A stretch of 64,000 bases of DNA from the IMG/VR virus record IMGVR_UViG_3300031772_000002, positions 32,001-96,000 of that record; one strand, written 5' to 3'. This DNA comes from a virus. The notes under the pieces are model-generated. The model was not told the DNA's origin and searched no databases. It saw only the letters and a list, made by a program, of their open reading frames with translations. A program made the position numbers and the translations under genes. Positions 10,325 to 20,872 of the stretch are shown one piece after another. The first letter of the stretch is position 1; every line of letters starts with the position of its first letter.

Positions 10325-10909
10325 ATGGAACAAAAAATAACAAAAAATTTTTCTTTTTATGAGTTTGCACCCAATCTGTTTGGTAAGGGTTGGGTTCCTG
10401 ATAGTAAATATTTGCAGTTATTAATTGTTAATCTTGCAAATAATATGCAAATAGTAAGAGATGCCATGCCTGTAAATTCATCTATTAGCATTTCATCAGG
10501 AGTAAGAAATAAAGAAGATTATGATAGACTTGTTTCAAATGGATACAATCCATCGGAAACAAGTGATCATAATTATGGTAATGCTGTATTGTTAAAATAT
10601 GGATCTGATAAATATTTAAAATATGGACCAACTTATAACTTTTCAGTTGGAGCGGCTGATTGTGTACCTAATGGAATTACTGCTAAAGAGTTATTCAATT
10701 TAACTATGGATTTAGTCATAAATAATAAATGTAAATTTGGTCAAGTTATTTATGAAAGAGATCCTGTTAGAAGAGTTGAATGGATTCATTTAGGTGGATA
10801 TGCAAAATATTATTTTAATGAATCAATAGTAAATTTAATTGATAAAAAATTATTCTTATCGAGTATAGATAGTGGAAAAACTTATCAAGAAATTAATAAA
10901 CCATTATGA
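10325..10909 (+). CDS. Peptidase M15A-like cell-wall peptidase (endolysin candidate)
   Basis: KNFSFYEF, ISSGVR, SDH..AAD, EWIH zinc-peptidase motifs. Confidence 0.7.
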   Translation: MEQKITKNFSFYEFAPNLFGKGWVPDSKYLQLLIVNLANNMQIVRDAMPVNSSISISSGVRNKEDYDRLVSNGYNPSETSDHNYGNAVLLKYGSDKYLKYGPTYNFSVGAADCVPNGITAKELFNLTMDLVINNKCKFGQVIYERDPVRRVEWIHLGGYAKYYFNESIVNLIDKKLFLSSIDSGKTYQEINKPL

Positions 10910-11742
10910 TTTTTTCATCAGTAGAAGTCATAAAAACTATAGAAAATGAATTCTTTATAGAATGGGATTTAATTCCAGACGATCCGCCAATTACTGATGA
11001 TTATATAGATAATTATTTTTTTAATATTTATTGGTCTAAACATCCTGAAAATGAATTTGAAACTATTAATGATGTTGACGGGTATCCTATCGAAATTGAT
11101 GGGTATACCGGCCCTTTATCTTATACTCATAGAATTAAACAATACGAATTTAATGTTGATCATTATTATAAAATTTTTGCTGTAAATAAAAATGATCCTA
11201 ATTATAGTTTTTTTTCTAAAGTTGTTTTTATAGGAATGCATTATAATGGTATTCATGATACCATGCGCCACGCTGAGTATATTCTTTATAATATGTATCA
11301 TGGAGAACCATGCAAACTTTACAAAAGAAAAAATACCGGAACAAGATGTAATAAATGTTGGTCCGAAGAAAGACAACAACGAACACTTTCATTTTGTGAT
11401 GTATGTAATAGCACTGGATTTATTTCAGGTTTTTTTTCACCTATTGTAGTTCAAATATCTTTCGGAGCTTCCCATAAAATATCAGTTCCTCAACAAAATT
11501 GGGAAAATGTTTTTCTTCTAAATGAAGCTAGAATGAGTAATTATCCAATTGTTCGTCCAAAAGATTTAATAGTTAATAATGATAATAATAAAAGATTTGT
11601 AATAAGTAAAGTTGATATTACTAAACTTCCAAAATTAAGCGAAAGTTCTGCAATATTATCTAAACAAAATTATATTATAAGTCAGATATTAACTATTGAT
11701 GAAATAGTTAGTAGTGATAATGAATATGATATTATTGTATAG
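10906..11742 (+). CDS. Putative head-closure/neck protein with CxxC-CxxC zinc finger
   Basis: CNKC..CDVC..GFISGF; synteny between neck and tail genes. Confidence 0.5.
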   Translation: MIFSSVEVIKTIENEFFIEWDLIPDDPPITDDYIDNYFFNIYWSKHPENEFETINDVDGYPIEIDGYTGPLSYTHRIKQYEFNVDHYYKIFAVNKNDPNYSFFSKVVFIGMHYNGIHDTMRHAEYILYNMYHGEPCKLYKRKNTGTRCNKCWSEERQQRTLSFCDVCNSTGFISGFFSPIVVQISFGASHKISVPQQNWENVFLLNEARMSNYPIVRPKDLIVNNDNNKRFVISKVDITKLPKLSESSAILSKQNYIISQILTIDEIVSSDNEYDIIV

Positions 11743-11745
11743 GAG

Positions 11746-12249
11746 TTGACTATGATTGATAACGAAAGAGAACTTGGAAAAATACAACAACAATTAGACA
11801 CTGCTGTAGAAAATATTACTTTATTACGAGATAATATTACTTTATTATTTAATAAATTAGATTCTGATTCTAAAGATACAATAAAAGAAATAGCTAAGGT
11901 TTATGAATCAGTAAATATTCATTTGCATTCATTATCTAATAAAATAGAAAATAATTCTAAGGAAACAGTTAAAGAAATTTCTAAAATTTATTCATCCCTA
12001 AATTCGCATTTGAACGTAACAAAAGAAAAAAGAGAAAATTGTGAGAAATTATTTACCTTGTTTGAAAATAGATTAAATGAACATGAAATTAAAATAGATG
12101 ATATTGATACTAACCAGCAAAGGATTGATACTAATATTGATATTTCTTTTAAAGCGGTAAAAGTTTTTGTTAGTATAATAAGTTTTATTGCTTTATTAAT
12201 AAGTATAGCATCAATGGCTATAACTTTTTTCAAGTTAATTCATAATTAA
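11746..12249 (+). CDS. Coiled-coil protein with C-terminal TM helix (holin/XhlA-like candidate)
   Basis: Heptad-rich body with one C-terminal hydrophobic helix; near the M15 peptidase. Confidence 0.4.
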   Translation: MTMIDNERELGKIQQQLDTAVENITLLRDNITLLFNKLDSDSKDTIKEIAKVYESVNIHLHSLSNKIENNSKETVKEISKIYSSLNSHLNVTKEKRENCEKLFTLFENRLNEHEIKIDDIDTNQQRIDTNIDISFKAVKVFVSIISFIALLISIASMAITFFKLIHN

Positions 12250-12308
12250 ATTTAATAACAATTTGTTTATTTTATCTTTATAGCTTATATTTATGTTGAA
12301 GGATCAGG

Positions 12309-13238
12309 ATGTCATCAGTATTAAAAAAATTTCCATTGGCTCTTATAAGTGATGCATTTATAAGTTATATACAATGGATGTTTGGAAATGAAGAGAAGGT
12401 TCCTGAATACTATAGATGGATTGCAGATGATAGGTTAAGTAAAATTCGTATATCATCACCATTTGTTATAGATAATCAAAAACCAATGAGTGCCCCATTT
12501 ATAGTAGTTGAAAGAAGTGGTTTTACATTTCAACATAATATTATAAATGATGTTAAGTCTGGATCAGAAAATACATTTGAACAAATAGAACAGGTGGTAA
12601 TATTAGATGGATTTATTAATATTATATGTGGTTCGCGGGTTGGGTCTGAGGCTTCATCATTAGCTAATTTTTTAGCTATTAATTTACAATCTGATAGACA
12701 TGGAATTATGGATGCTTTAAAATTTTTACGTAATATGAATTGTGTTGATATTGGACCTGAAACACCTGTAGTTATTAATACTGAAGTAAGAAGATATGAA
12801 GTTGTATTGCGTATTTCTGCATCAATACAACTTGGGTGGTTAAACGTATTAAGAGAGCCTGAATTATGGAATTCAGTATCTATATTTGCAGTAAATAAAG
12901 AATCTACAACATTTTCTGAAAATGGAGTGGTTGAAAAAGATAAAGATATATTGTATGATAATAGTAAAAGTTTTGGATTTGAAGAAGATGATGATCCAAG
13001 ACTAAATGAAAAAGAATTATCAAATGGATATTATTATATTAAATTTAATGAAAATCCACAGTTATATCCTATTGATAGTATAAAAGATAAAAATACATTA
13101 AAATTATTAACTCATAATGATTATAATGAACCTATACCATGGGTAGCTCCTGATAATGCTGATGATGTTAAATATGAATTATATTGGAATTGTATACATT
13201 TAACAGGCGAAATACCAAATAATAACCAAGGAGAATAG
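12309..13238 (+). CDS. Putative tail terminator/completion protein
   Basis: Directly upstream of sheath; PFIVVERSG motif. Confidence 0.5.
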   Translation: MSSVLKKFPLALISDAFISYIQWMFGNEEKVPEYYRWIADDRLSKIRISSPFVIDNQKPMSAPFIVVERSGFTFQHNIINDVKSGSENTFEQIEQVVILDGFINIICGSRVGSEASSLANFLAINLQSDRHGIMDALKFLRNMNCVDIGPETPVVINTEVRRYEVVLRISASIQLGWLNVLREPELWNSVSIFAVNKESTTFSENGVVEKDKDILYDNSKSFGFEEDDDPRLNEKELSNGYYYIKFNENPQLYPIDSIKDKNTLKLLTHNDYNEPIPWVAPDNADDVKYELYWNCIHLTGEIPNNNQGE

Positions 13239-13241
13239 AAA

Positions 13242-15803
13242 ATGGCTACAACATATCAAGGACCAAATGTTTCAGTAACTCAACAGTTTGTTACAAGTCC
13301 AGGCGCAATTGCTGTGGAAGATATTCCATCTGCAATAGTTGCTACTGCATTTGATGTGTATCTTAATGAATTGATTGGATCATCATATGGAATTAAAGAT
13401 AATGTTTTAGAATGGGGTGTTGAAAAAGTAGTATATAATAAAGATGTTATTAATAAAAGAGCATACGATTTTTATCCTGTAAAAGTAAAAGGATCTTCAC
13501 CATTTGGAAATATTGATCTTGATATAGATAGTGATAATATATCAGAAGATGGTATTTCTATTGGATATGATGATAATTATACAGTTCCAAACACAGAACA
13601 AGTAGAAGGGGAATGCGAAGGTATAATTCCTTATTATAGAAAAGAAGGGGTTTCAGGTGAAGTTAAAATTCTTGCTTCTGATCTTAAAACGATTTTAATT
13701 ACTGACGGAGCTGTAGTTACTTCAAAAATTAAAACAGGTCAAAATGTTTTTATTAATATTAGTGATGCTTGGACATTTGTAGGAACGGTTGCTAATATTA
13801 GTACCGACGAAACAAAAATAAATCTTCAAAAAGCTTATTCTGCTGCTATACTTAATGGTGAAGGAATTGTTGTTGGAGCTCATAATGTTTCGACTATTGA
13901 TATTCCTAATACATTGTATGATGTAAATGCGAAATTTGTAACTAATAAAGTTAAAATTGGAGATGTATTATATTTATCATCATTAGCAATTTCAGATTCA
14001 ATAGATACTCCAATTCAAGTAAGCGTAACTTCAGTATTAAATGAAAATACATTAAAATTTAATACTATTCCGCTTGATACAGGCAGGGTTGATTATTCAT
14101 TTACTCAATACAAGGCATTTGAACAAACTCCATTTTCTACTCTTTATTTAAGTTATTATACCATTAAAAGATATCTTGGATTTTCTCAAAACTATGGATT
14201 AAAACTCGTTGGCGACGCTTCAATTGTAGAGAAAATAAATGATTATTCATTTAGTATTACAGACACTGGCGGGTTAGCTCCAGTGCTTTCTGCAGGAGAT
14301 TTATTTTTAGTAACTACTGCCATTATAGATGATGGTGTTGACGAACGTACTATTGACAATATAAGATTATATCGTATTAATACTATTGTTAAAAGTGGTG
14401 AAGTTTATACTATCACTACAAATTCAGTTATATATAAATCGGTAGTGTCTCCTAATGATACTAAGTTTATTACCGGAGATTTTTTAACTGCATGGCATCC
14501 TAAAATTGAAAGTGATATTCTTTCTGATTTTCGTGCAGTAAGAACTGAAGAAATTGGAGTTGTAAAACGTATCGCAAGTTTGAAAGATATTACCGATGCG
14601 TGGTCAAATGATGGTAGTATTAATTTACATAATGAGTTGGCTTTTATGGCTTCTGCAGCTTTTTCTCAATCAGGACAACAAGTTTTATATGGTGTTCATG
14701 TTGATGCTACTGAAAATAATCTATCTGAACAATATGCAGAAGCTCTTGAGGAGCTTAAACTTTATGATGTATATAGCCATACATTTGGAACTACCGATGT
14801 GGGTGTTAATGCTCTTGCGGGGCCATATTGTGATGAACAGTCTGAACCTTACGAAGGTCATGAACGTATTGCCACTGTAGTTTATGATGAAAATGATATT
14901 TATTTAATGGGATCAGATGATGGCAGTATTGATGAATCTACAGGAGTTATAACTATAAATGGATCCTTTGATCCTGTTTCTGCTGGAATAACAGTTAATG
15001 ACATTGTTGAAATATATGATGTTGATGGTGAACTTGTTACAACTGTTAATGTTATTGCAACTCCAGATTCAGAAACTCCTTTTGAAATACAAACAGATTA
15101 TAGTGGAGATTCAATAACTACTCCAAGTTTTAAATTCATGAGTGGACGAAAAGATAATCAAGCAATTAAAATAGCCGCTATAGATTATGGGAATCGTAGA
15201 GTTAAAGTGTTGTGGCCAGGATGGTTTTATGGATATTATAATAGTATCCAGTATCTTCTTCCTCCATATTATATCTCTGCAGCAATTGTTGGATTGGATT
15301 CAGGAGTAGTAGTTTCTCAATCATTTACAAATATGAATTTTAGCATACCAGGAATAGCTAATATTTCATTAAAAACAAATCATTATTTTAAGAAATCTCA
15401 ACTTGATGAAATTGGAGGCAGTGGAGTTGATGTTATGATTCAGGATGTATCTCCAAGCCAATCAATTAAGTCAAGACATGATTTAACTTCAAATATGGAT
15501 GCTGTAGAATATAGAGAGCATTCTATTACTAAACAGGCGGATGTTGCTGCGAAAACATTACGATCAGCTATAAATCCATATGTTGGAAAGTATAATATTA
15601 CTAACGATTTATTGAAATTTATAGCGTCTGTATGTGGAATAGTATCAACAACACTTACCAGAAAAGGAATTTTGCAATCACTTTATGTAAAATCAATTGC
15701 TCGTGATGAAGTTATTGCTGATAAAATTAATATTGTATGCGAAGCAACTGTATTTGTTGCGGGTAATTATTATGACATTACATTGATTATTAAATCACGT
15801 TAA
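13242..15803 (+). CDS. Contractile tail sheath protein
   Basis: 853 aa; N-terminal YQGPNVSV; C-terminal sheath-like YYISAAIVG..RHDLT..EHSITKQAD..YVGKYNI. Confidence 0.8.
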   Translation: MATTYQGPNVSVTQQFVTSPGAIAVEDIPSAIVATAFDVYLNELIGSSYGIKDNVLEWGVEKVVYNKDVINKRAYDFYPVKVKGSSPFGNIDLDIDSDNISEDGISIGYDDNYTVPNTEQVEGECEGIIPYYRKEGVSGEVKILASDLKTILITDGAVVTSKIKTGQNVFINISDAWTFVGTVANISTDETKINLQKAYSAAILNGEGIVVGAHNVSTIDIPNTLYDVNAKFVTNKVKIGDVLYLSSLAISDSIDTPIQVSVTSVLNENTLKFNTIPLDTGRVDYSFTQYKAFEQTPFSTLYLSYYTIKRYLGFSQNYGLKLVGDASIVEKINDYSFSITDTGGLAPVLSAGDLFLVTTAIIDDGVDERTIDNIRLYRINTIVKSGEVYTITTNSVIYKSVVSPNDTKFITGDFLTAWHPKIESDILSDFRAVRTEEIGVVKRIASLKDITDAWSNDGSINLHNELAFMASAAFSQSGQQVLYGVHVDATENNLSEQYAEALEELKLYDVYSHTFGTTDVGVNALAGPYCDEQSEPYEGHERIATVVYDENDIYLMGSDDGSIDESTGVITINGSFDPVSAGITVNDIVEIYDVDGELVTTVNVIATPDSETPFEIQTDYSGDSITTPSFKFMSGRKDNQAIKIAAIDYGNRRVKVLWPGWFYGYYNSIQYLLPPYYISAAIVGLDSGVVVSQSFTNMNFSIPGIANISLKTNHYFKKSQLDEIGGSGVDVMIQDVSPSQSIKSRHDLTSNMDAVEYREHSITKQADVAAKTLRSAINPYVGKYNITNDLLKFIASVCGIVSTTLTRKGILQSLYVKSIARDEVIADKINIVCEATVFVAGNYYDITLIIKSR

Positions 15804-15844
15804 TATATATATATATAAATTGAAATAATCTAGGAGGAAATTTT

Positions 15845-16639
15845 ATGGGAAACCCTATTAATTTAGATAGCTTAGTTGATCTTAGTGGTGGGTGGGATTG
15901 GAAAAATAAACATGTCTCACAGGCTTATATTGACAAGACAGGATTTCAAGCTAACAAACAAGGTATAGCTATAAACGATATAGTTGAATCTGGAACTGTT
16001 TTAATATGTGCAGGACCTGCTGATTTTGAGCAAGCTCTTTCAGGATCTGTAGGTATTAGAATAGTTCCAATAGGTCTTGTTGACACTGCTCAAATAAGTA
16101 TGTCTAAACCACTTAGTAGAATATTTGAAATTGGCTCTCGATTAAGTTATTTAATACCAGGGAAAACTGTTGGAGCCATAAATATGAGTAGAGTGTTTTT
16201 TGATGGCGCCAATATATTAAAAGCTTTATATATGGGAGAGGTAAAGGCTGATTATTCTACTGTAGATAAAAAGTTTGCTAAATTTATGTCTAATAAATAT
16301 TTAGACTCTTCAGGTAATGAAAGTTATCAAGAGTTTGAACCAATAGGTTCTGGTCAAATGTCTATAAATTTAGCTTCTTCATTTTTTGATCAACCAACTG
16401 GACTTGCCTTTTACTTTAAAGATCAGCAAAGTGATACGGTAAGTCAAATTTATTTTGAAGGATGCAGAATCAGTACTCATCAACTTGGTATTTCAGCAGC
16501 AATGAATGTGTTGTCTGAGGGAGTATCTATTGAATTTATTAGAGTTAGGCCAATTAATACAGCAGCTTCGTATGATTATATAAAAGGTACAAATCTTGCT
16601 GATGTTAATATCATATCTCCTTTAATTAATAAAGGATAG
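15845..16639 (+). CDS. Tail tube protein
   Basis: Follows sheath; PIGLV..IFEIGS..YFEGCRI..EGVSIEF. Confidence 0.75.
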   Translation: MGNPINLDSLVDLSGGWDWKNKHVSQAYIDKTGFQANKQGIAINDIVESGTVLICAGPADFEQALSGSVGIRIVPIGLVDTAQISMSKPLSRIFEIGSRLSYLIPGKTVGAINMSRVFFDGANILKALYMGEVKADYSTVDKKFAKFMSNKYLDSSGNESYQEFEPIGSGQMSINLASSFFDQPTGLAFYFKDQQSDTVSQIYFEGCRISTHQLGISAAMNVLSEGVSIEFIRVRPINTAASYDYIKGTNLADVNIISPLINKG

Positions 16640-16662
16640 TAATTTTAGTGAATTTAATAGCT

Positions 16663-16694
16663 AAAAAAAAGGTCACTTAAAATGTGGCCTTTTT
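16663..16694. terminator. Bidirectional intrinsic terminator at a convergence point
   Basis: A8-GGTCAC-loop-GTGGCC-T5. Confidence 0.75.
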
Positions 16695-17175
16695 AGTCTT
16701 ACCTTAAATTGATTAGATGGCTCTATTCGGAAGAGTCACATCCATCATTTCCCAACGTCTTGGTGGTAACATCAGATCCGCGACGCGGCGCCACACCAAC
16801 GGAACCAGAAGTCGTTGCTCCTTGGGCTTTTGGCAGTCGCCATCGATTTAATATCCTCCAAGTTGATAAATTTCTCTTATACACCTATTCTGTTATAACT
16901 TGGAGGATATTAAATAAAAATTGAAGAATGGAGAAACTCCATTCTATTCAACTCTAAGACTTGTACAAACTTCACTTGATTCGATATAATACTTATAGAA
17001 TTGAACTCCCAGACCGTGGAGGATTATCCTACTAACTAATAAAATTACTCCTGGTGGGTATTTTTAACTTTCAATTTATATGGTTACATATTTCGCATAT
17101 TATTTTCTGACTAATATAAATTGAAAGTTAAAAAAAATAATAAATGGCGATACGCCATTAAAATTTCTTTGTACA
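16695..17175 (-). ncRNA. Candidate structured RNA transcription unit
   Basis: Between promoter 17181-17209 and terminator; no convincing ORF; two tandem units of small hairpin plus 19-21-bp stem with 32-nt loop. Confidence 0.4.
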
Positions 17176-17180
17176 TTAAT

Positions 17181-17209
17181 ATTATTACAAAAAAAACATA
17201 TAAATAACA
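17181..17209 (-). promoter_or_regulatory. Conserved early-type promoter
   Basis: TGTTAT-N17-AATAAT with TG extension. Confidence 0.55.
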
Positions 17210-18127
17210 TCAATTGACTTTGTAAGGTTTTGATATTATTTCAGATAATTCTGGACCTTTCCAATATGGTAAAATCCATTGCTTTCTTCTTAAAGTTAAT
17301 TTTTCTCCATAAGCTTGATTTGTCCAATGGCCCCTGACTATAAATCTTTTATCTATAGTTCTATGCTTAGAACTATTTAAAGATTTATAATCTTTTGGAG
17401 TTGTTAAATATATATAAGTATTAGTAATTTTTTTATTTTTACTATTACTTTTAACATTTGTTTTTCGTGTACATATTTTTTGCACACAACCATTGTCAAC
17501 CCTTTCATTAATATACATTACTGTATTATAAAATATATTAACAACTTTTTGAGTTTCATTTTTTGTTATTCTTATGTCCAAATCTTTTGCTATTGGATGT
17601 ATTTGCTTTTCATACATTTCTTTAATAACATTATCTTTTTTTAAATTTAACCAAATATAATCCAGACCAGTATCTATATCTAATATTTTTACACCAGGGA
17701 CTATGGCCGATATTGAAATATCCCATTCAATATTATGAACATAGCCATCAATACTAATTAGTTTAGAATTTTTAGTTGCAGTTTCTTTATCAATATAAAG
17801 AATATTATATACATTTGTTTTTCTTCCATCACTAAAAAATACGTCAAACATTGGGTTTTCGCTTTCTATCATAAAGCACCCAAAAGGATATTGAAAATCA
17901 TTTGGTGTATAATTAAGATTAATATCTGTATTATTAAAAGCTTCAACAAGATCTGATGATAATTTAAAAGTTTTAGATCCTGTCATTTGCCATATTTTTA
18001 TTTTATTTAGTAATGATAAATACATGAATATTAATTCTGCTGTTTTAAAATTTTTACTATATTGATTATATTGATTTAATGAATTGGCAAAATTTTCTAA
18101 TATTTCCATTCTCTTAATTATATTCAT
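17210..18127 (-). CDS. Phage hypothetical protein with C-terminal VRGHW..Q.YG..WI.PYWKG motif
   Basis: 305-aa ORF with RBS; C-terminal motif recurrent in phage proteins. Confidence 0.7.
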   Translation of the reverse strand: MNIIKRMEILENFANSLNQYNQYSKNFKTAELIFMYLSLLNKIKIWQMTGSKTFKLSSDLVEAFNNTDINLNYTPNDFQYPFGCFMIESENPMFDVFFSDGRKTNVYNILYIDKETATKNSKLISIDGYVHNIEWDISISAIVPGVKILDIDTGLDYIWLNLKKDNVIKEMYEKQIHPIAKDLDIRITKNETQKVVNIFYNTVMYINERVDNGCVQKICTRKTNVKSNSKNKKITNTYIYLTTPKDYKSLNSSKHRTIDKRFIVRGHWTNQAYGEKLTLRRKQWILPYWKGPELSEIISKPYKVN

Positions 18128-18153
18128 TTATTTTCCTTTTGTAAATTTTTTTT

Positions 18154-18525
18154 TTAAATATTTTCTACTATTTCTGTTATATGTATTGGTTCAGTTTCAA
18201 TATTTATTGAGGTATTTTTAATTAATCCTTTCCAATATACCATTCTATCAGTAACACACGCAGTTAATATATCAATAGTTCCATTCCATTTTTTTACCAA
18301 TTCTATGTATTTAAATTGTATATCAATTTCGTCTAAATCATCTTCATAAAAAATTGGAGTAATATCAAAAATTTCTATACAATATGCATTAAGACTTTTT
18401 ACCGCTTCACATAATTTTTTTATTCTATTAACTAGATTTTCATTCATTACAATTAGAGCGCTGTTAGGATAGCCACTGCAATAATGATCAGAAACATAAA
18501 TTCTTTTAATAAAAGTTTTATCCAT
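18154..18525 (-). CDS. Hypothetical protein
   Basis: ORF with AAGGA RBS. Confidence 0.7.
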   Translation of the reverse strand: MDKTFIKRIYVSDHYCSGYPNSALIVMNENLVNRIKKLCEAVKSLNAYCIEIFDITPIFYEDDLDEIDIQFKYIELVKKWNGTIDILTACVTDRMVYWKGLIKNTSINIETEPIHITEIVENI

Positions 18526-18537
18526 TTTATTCCTTTT

Positions 18538-18608
18538 AAAAAGTACGAGTTTTAGTATTAATTGGGGACGAGGTGAGATTATTTAATACATAAAACGTCG
18601 TACTTTTA
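18538..18608. other. Long imperfect intergenic hairpin (possible RNase III/processing site)
   Basis: AAAAGTACGA-GTTTTA-GTATTAA pairs with TTAATAC-ATAAAAC-TCGTACTTTT. Confidence 0.45.
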
Positions 18609-18615
18609 ATTTAAT

Positions 18616-19209
18616 TTATTTATTCAATAATTTTTTACGAATTCTTTTCCCACCACAATCTTCAGTATTTATAGCAGGACACGAATTACAAGCAGTTAAA
18701 CCATTCATTTGAATTAGCCAACATTCACTTGTTAAACTTCCCTGATTTATTTTTTTTTCATTAGTTATTTTTAGAGTTCCATTATCAACAATTCCATCAG
18801 ACATTGTAAAACAATTTGAATTTTCTCTTCCCCTAAGAATATCTCTACCAGTTAAATTATTTTTATATTTTGGTAAAGATAATTCTTCTTCTATATTATC
18901 AAATGATTCTGATATTTTAAATTTTGATTCTTCTAAACAGTTCCTTCCTTCAATATTAAAATATGGAATAAATAATCCAATGTTATAAAGGTATAATATT
19001 TTATCTTTAATTGTTTTATAATTTTTTTTTAATTCATCTGGAAATGTTTCAAAAATGTCTAATGACAATATTGAAACCAATACTTCCAACATGGAAAGTT
19101 TTTCTGTTATTTTATTTGTTTTAAGTTCAATTAAAAAATGAATTTTGAAATCAACAGTTTTTTGTTGATTACTTAAAAAAATATTTTTTTGTATTTCTCT
19201 AAAATGCAT
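18616..19209 (-). CDS. Hypothetical protein, C-terminal Cys cluster
   Basis: C..C-xx-C..CGG. Confidence 0.65.
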   Translation of the reverse strand: MHFREIQKNIFLSNQQKTVDFKIHFLIELKTNKITEKLSMLEVLVSILSLDIFETFPDELKKNYKTIKDKILYLYNIGLFIPYFNIEGRNCLEESKFKISESFDNIEEELSLPKYKNNLTGRDILRGRENSNCFTMSDGIVDNGTLKITNEKKINQGSLTSECWLIQMNGLTACNSCPAINTEDCGGKRIRKKLLNK

Positions 19210-19286
19210 CTTTTATTCCCTTTCTTTTGATTAAAAAAAAATATTTTATATATATATTAATAATTAAGTTAAACCAATCTATAATA

Positions 19287-19315
19287 GTTATTTCATAATT
19301 TTGTTAATAATAACT
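19287..19315 (-). promoter_or_regulatory. Conserved early-type promoter
   Basis: AGTTAT-N17-AATAAC, TG-extended. Confidence 0.5.
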
Positions 19316-19353
19316 AAACATATCCTACTGCTATGTAATTCATTTATAAATTT

Positions 19354-19815
19354 TCAATCCAATATTGCTGAACAATTTCCGAAGCACTTACCATTTTCAA
19401 TAATGTATTCATTGCATTCTTGACAAATATTTTTAACTATATATTCTTTTGCTTCTAAATCATAATAAGTAATATACTGTTCCACTAAACATCCTTTGCC
19501 ATTATAATCATAACTTGTTACTTCAAACGGATGTCCAAGTTTTTTGTTATATTTACACGATGTTTTAATTATTATTCCGTCGCCCCATTCACTTGTAAAT
19601 TCTGCATCAACTATTTCACTATCCTCTTTTTTTTTATTATTATTAGAATAGTATTTACAAATTGAAGCAATAAACTCTGGAATATAATTAATTGGAAATT
19701 GTTCTGATATTTCTTTTTTAATTATTAGTTCCAATAGTTCATTTGTTGCTTTTCTTATTGAACATATTTTGTTCAAATAGCATGCATAACAATTAAAATA
19801 TTTTTTTTCTTCCAT
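19354..19815 (-). CDS. Hypothetical Cys-rich protein
   Basis: ORF track; CxxC pairs. Confidence 0.6.
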   Translation of the reverse strand: MEEKKYFNCYACYLNKICSIRKATNELLELIIKKEISEQFPINYIPEFIASICKYYSNNNKKKEDSEIVDAEFTSEWGDGIIIKTSCKYNKKLGHPFEVTSYDYNGKGCLVEQYITYYDLEAKEYIVKNICQECNEYIIENGKCFGNCSAILD

Positions 19816-19819
19816 ACTT

Positions 19820-20089
19820 TTATCCTTTGATATATGATTTTGATTTTAGTGAATCTATTTTATTACAATTAAGATCATGAATAATGATATCAATTATAAA
19901 ATTTTTATCCATTTGATTTTTTTCTGCCAAATCAATAAAAGTATTCAGATCATAAAATGCTTTTATTCCTTTATATTCTTGGAAATACATCATAGATAAA
20001 ATAATGTCTATGGTATTAATTTCTGTACATTTTGTATATTCTAATATTTTTTTTTCTATAGTAAGAATATCATCATATCCGGGTTTCAT
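19820..20089 (-). CDS. Hypothetical protein
   Basis: AAGGA RBS. Confidence 0.6.
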   Translation of the reverse strand: MKPGYDDILTIEKKILEYTKCTEINTIDIILSMMYFQEYKGIKAFYDLNTFIDLAEKNQMDKNFIIDIIIHDLNCNKIDSLKSKSYIKG

Positions 20090-20546
20090 TTTTTTTCCTT
20101 ATATTAAATAAATTTTTTCATTACCAACTGAAATTTCGTACAACGGTTCGCTAAATGGCTGATAGTTGCCGCATTCGCTCAACCAAATCTTTAACATTCG
20201 CTATATCACAATCCTTAATATGAATATCAGAAAGTTCGTTTGCAAAAGCGTCAATTTCATTCTTTAGCTGCTGTGCGCTGTTGGCAATTTCTACAACACG
20301 TTTCAGAGCTTGCCATGCGTCCTTTAATTTTACACCATAGTTCAATTGCGGAAATTCAGATTCTATGATTGATAGTGCCTCTTTACCAGAAAGCATGGTA
20401 AACTCCTTTCAAAAAATTTAAGAGCAAAATTGAAGTTAATTTAGCAAATGTATACAGTCGGAACAGCATTGCATACTTTTTGAGTTTCATTTTTTTTCCT
20501 TATATTAAATAAATTTTTTCGTTACCAACTGAAATTTCGTACAACG
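20083..20546. repeat. 63-bp direct repeat (20083-20145 and 20484-20546, 1 mismatch)
   Basis: On the minus strand each copy starts at CGTTGTAC and runs through RBS and ATGAAAC. Confidence 0.9.
20151..20396 (-). CDS. Cassette ORF, hypothetical
   Basis: AAGGAG RBS; reads into the attC-like site at SAQQLK. Confidence 0.65.
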   Translation of the reverse strand: MLSGKEALSIIESEFPQLNYGVKLKDAWQALKRVVEIANSAQQLKNEIDAFANELSDIHIKDCDIANVKDLVERMRQLSAI

Positions 20547-20595
20547 TTCCACAAACGGGCGAAGTTCTCGCCTATAATTCTAACTCCATAGTCAA

Positions 20596-20796
20596 CTACG
20601 GGTATTTTGTCATTTGTGTGTTATCAGCTGCAAACTGGATTACCGTATCTTCCAACATGGCCTGAAACGAAGTTACGATAGTTTCAAGTTCGTTGGTTTC
20701 AAGATTATTTACATAAGAAGAAGTCATTCCATTAAGTCGTAAAACTCGTTTCATGCGAACACGCCAGCGAGCTTCATCCGAAGAATATTTAGTCAT
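20596..20796 (-). CDS. Cassette ORF, hypothetical
   Basis: AGGAAG RBS, ATG 20796; ends in site (ADNTQMTK). Confidence 0.6.
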   Translation of the reverse strand: MTKYSSDEARWRVRMKRVLRLNGMTSSYVNNLETNELETIVTSFQAMLEDTVIQFAADNTQMTKYP

Positions 20797-20872
20797 AAAA
20801 CTTCCTTTCTTGGCATCGCCTATAAACAAAAAATGCAGTTTATTGACACTAATTTAGCAAACGTATATAGTG

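Noticed and set aside
16846-16915. Invertible promoter (TTGATA-17-TATTCT between 19-bp inverted repeats)
   Set aside because: The -35 overlaps a repeat arm, no recombinase is in the window, there is no real + strand gene downstream, and a second stem of identical geometry lacks a promoter. Cannot be fully excluded without reads.
16709-16924. 71-aa + strand ORF from the track
   Set aside because: TTG start without RBS, downstream of a terminator and antisense to the promoter-driven unit.
16990-17055. tRNA-like element (GGGAGTTCAATTC T-arm-like motif on the minus strand)
   Set aside because: No acceptor, D or anticodon stems could be built.
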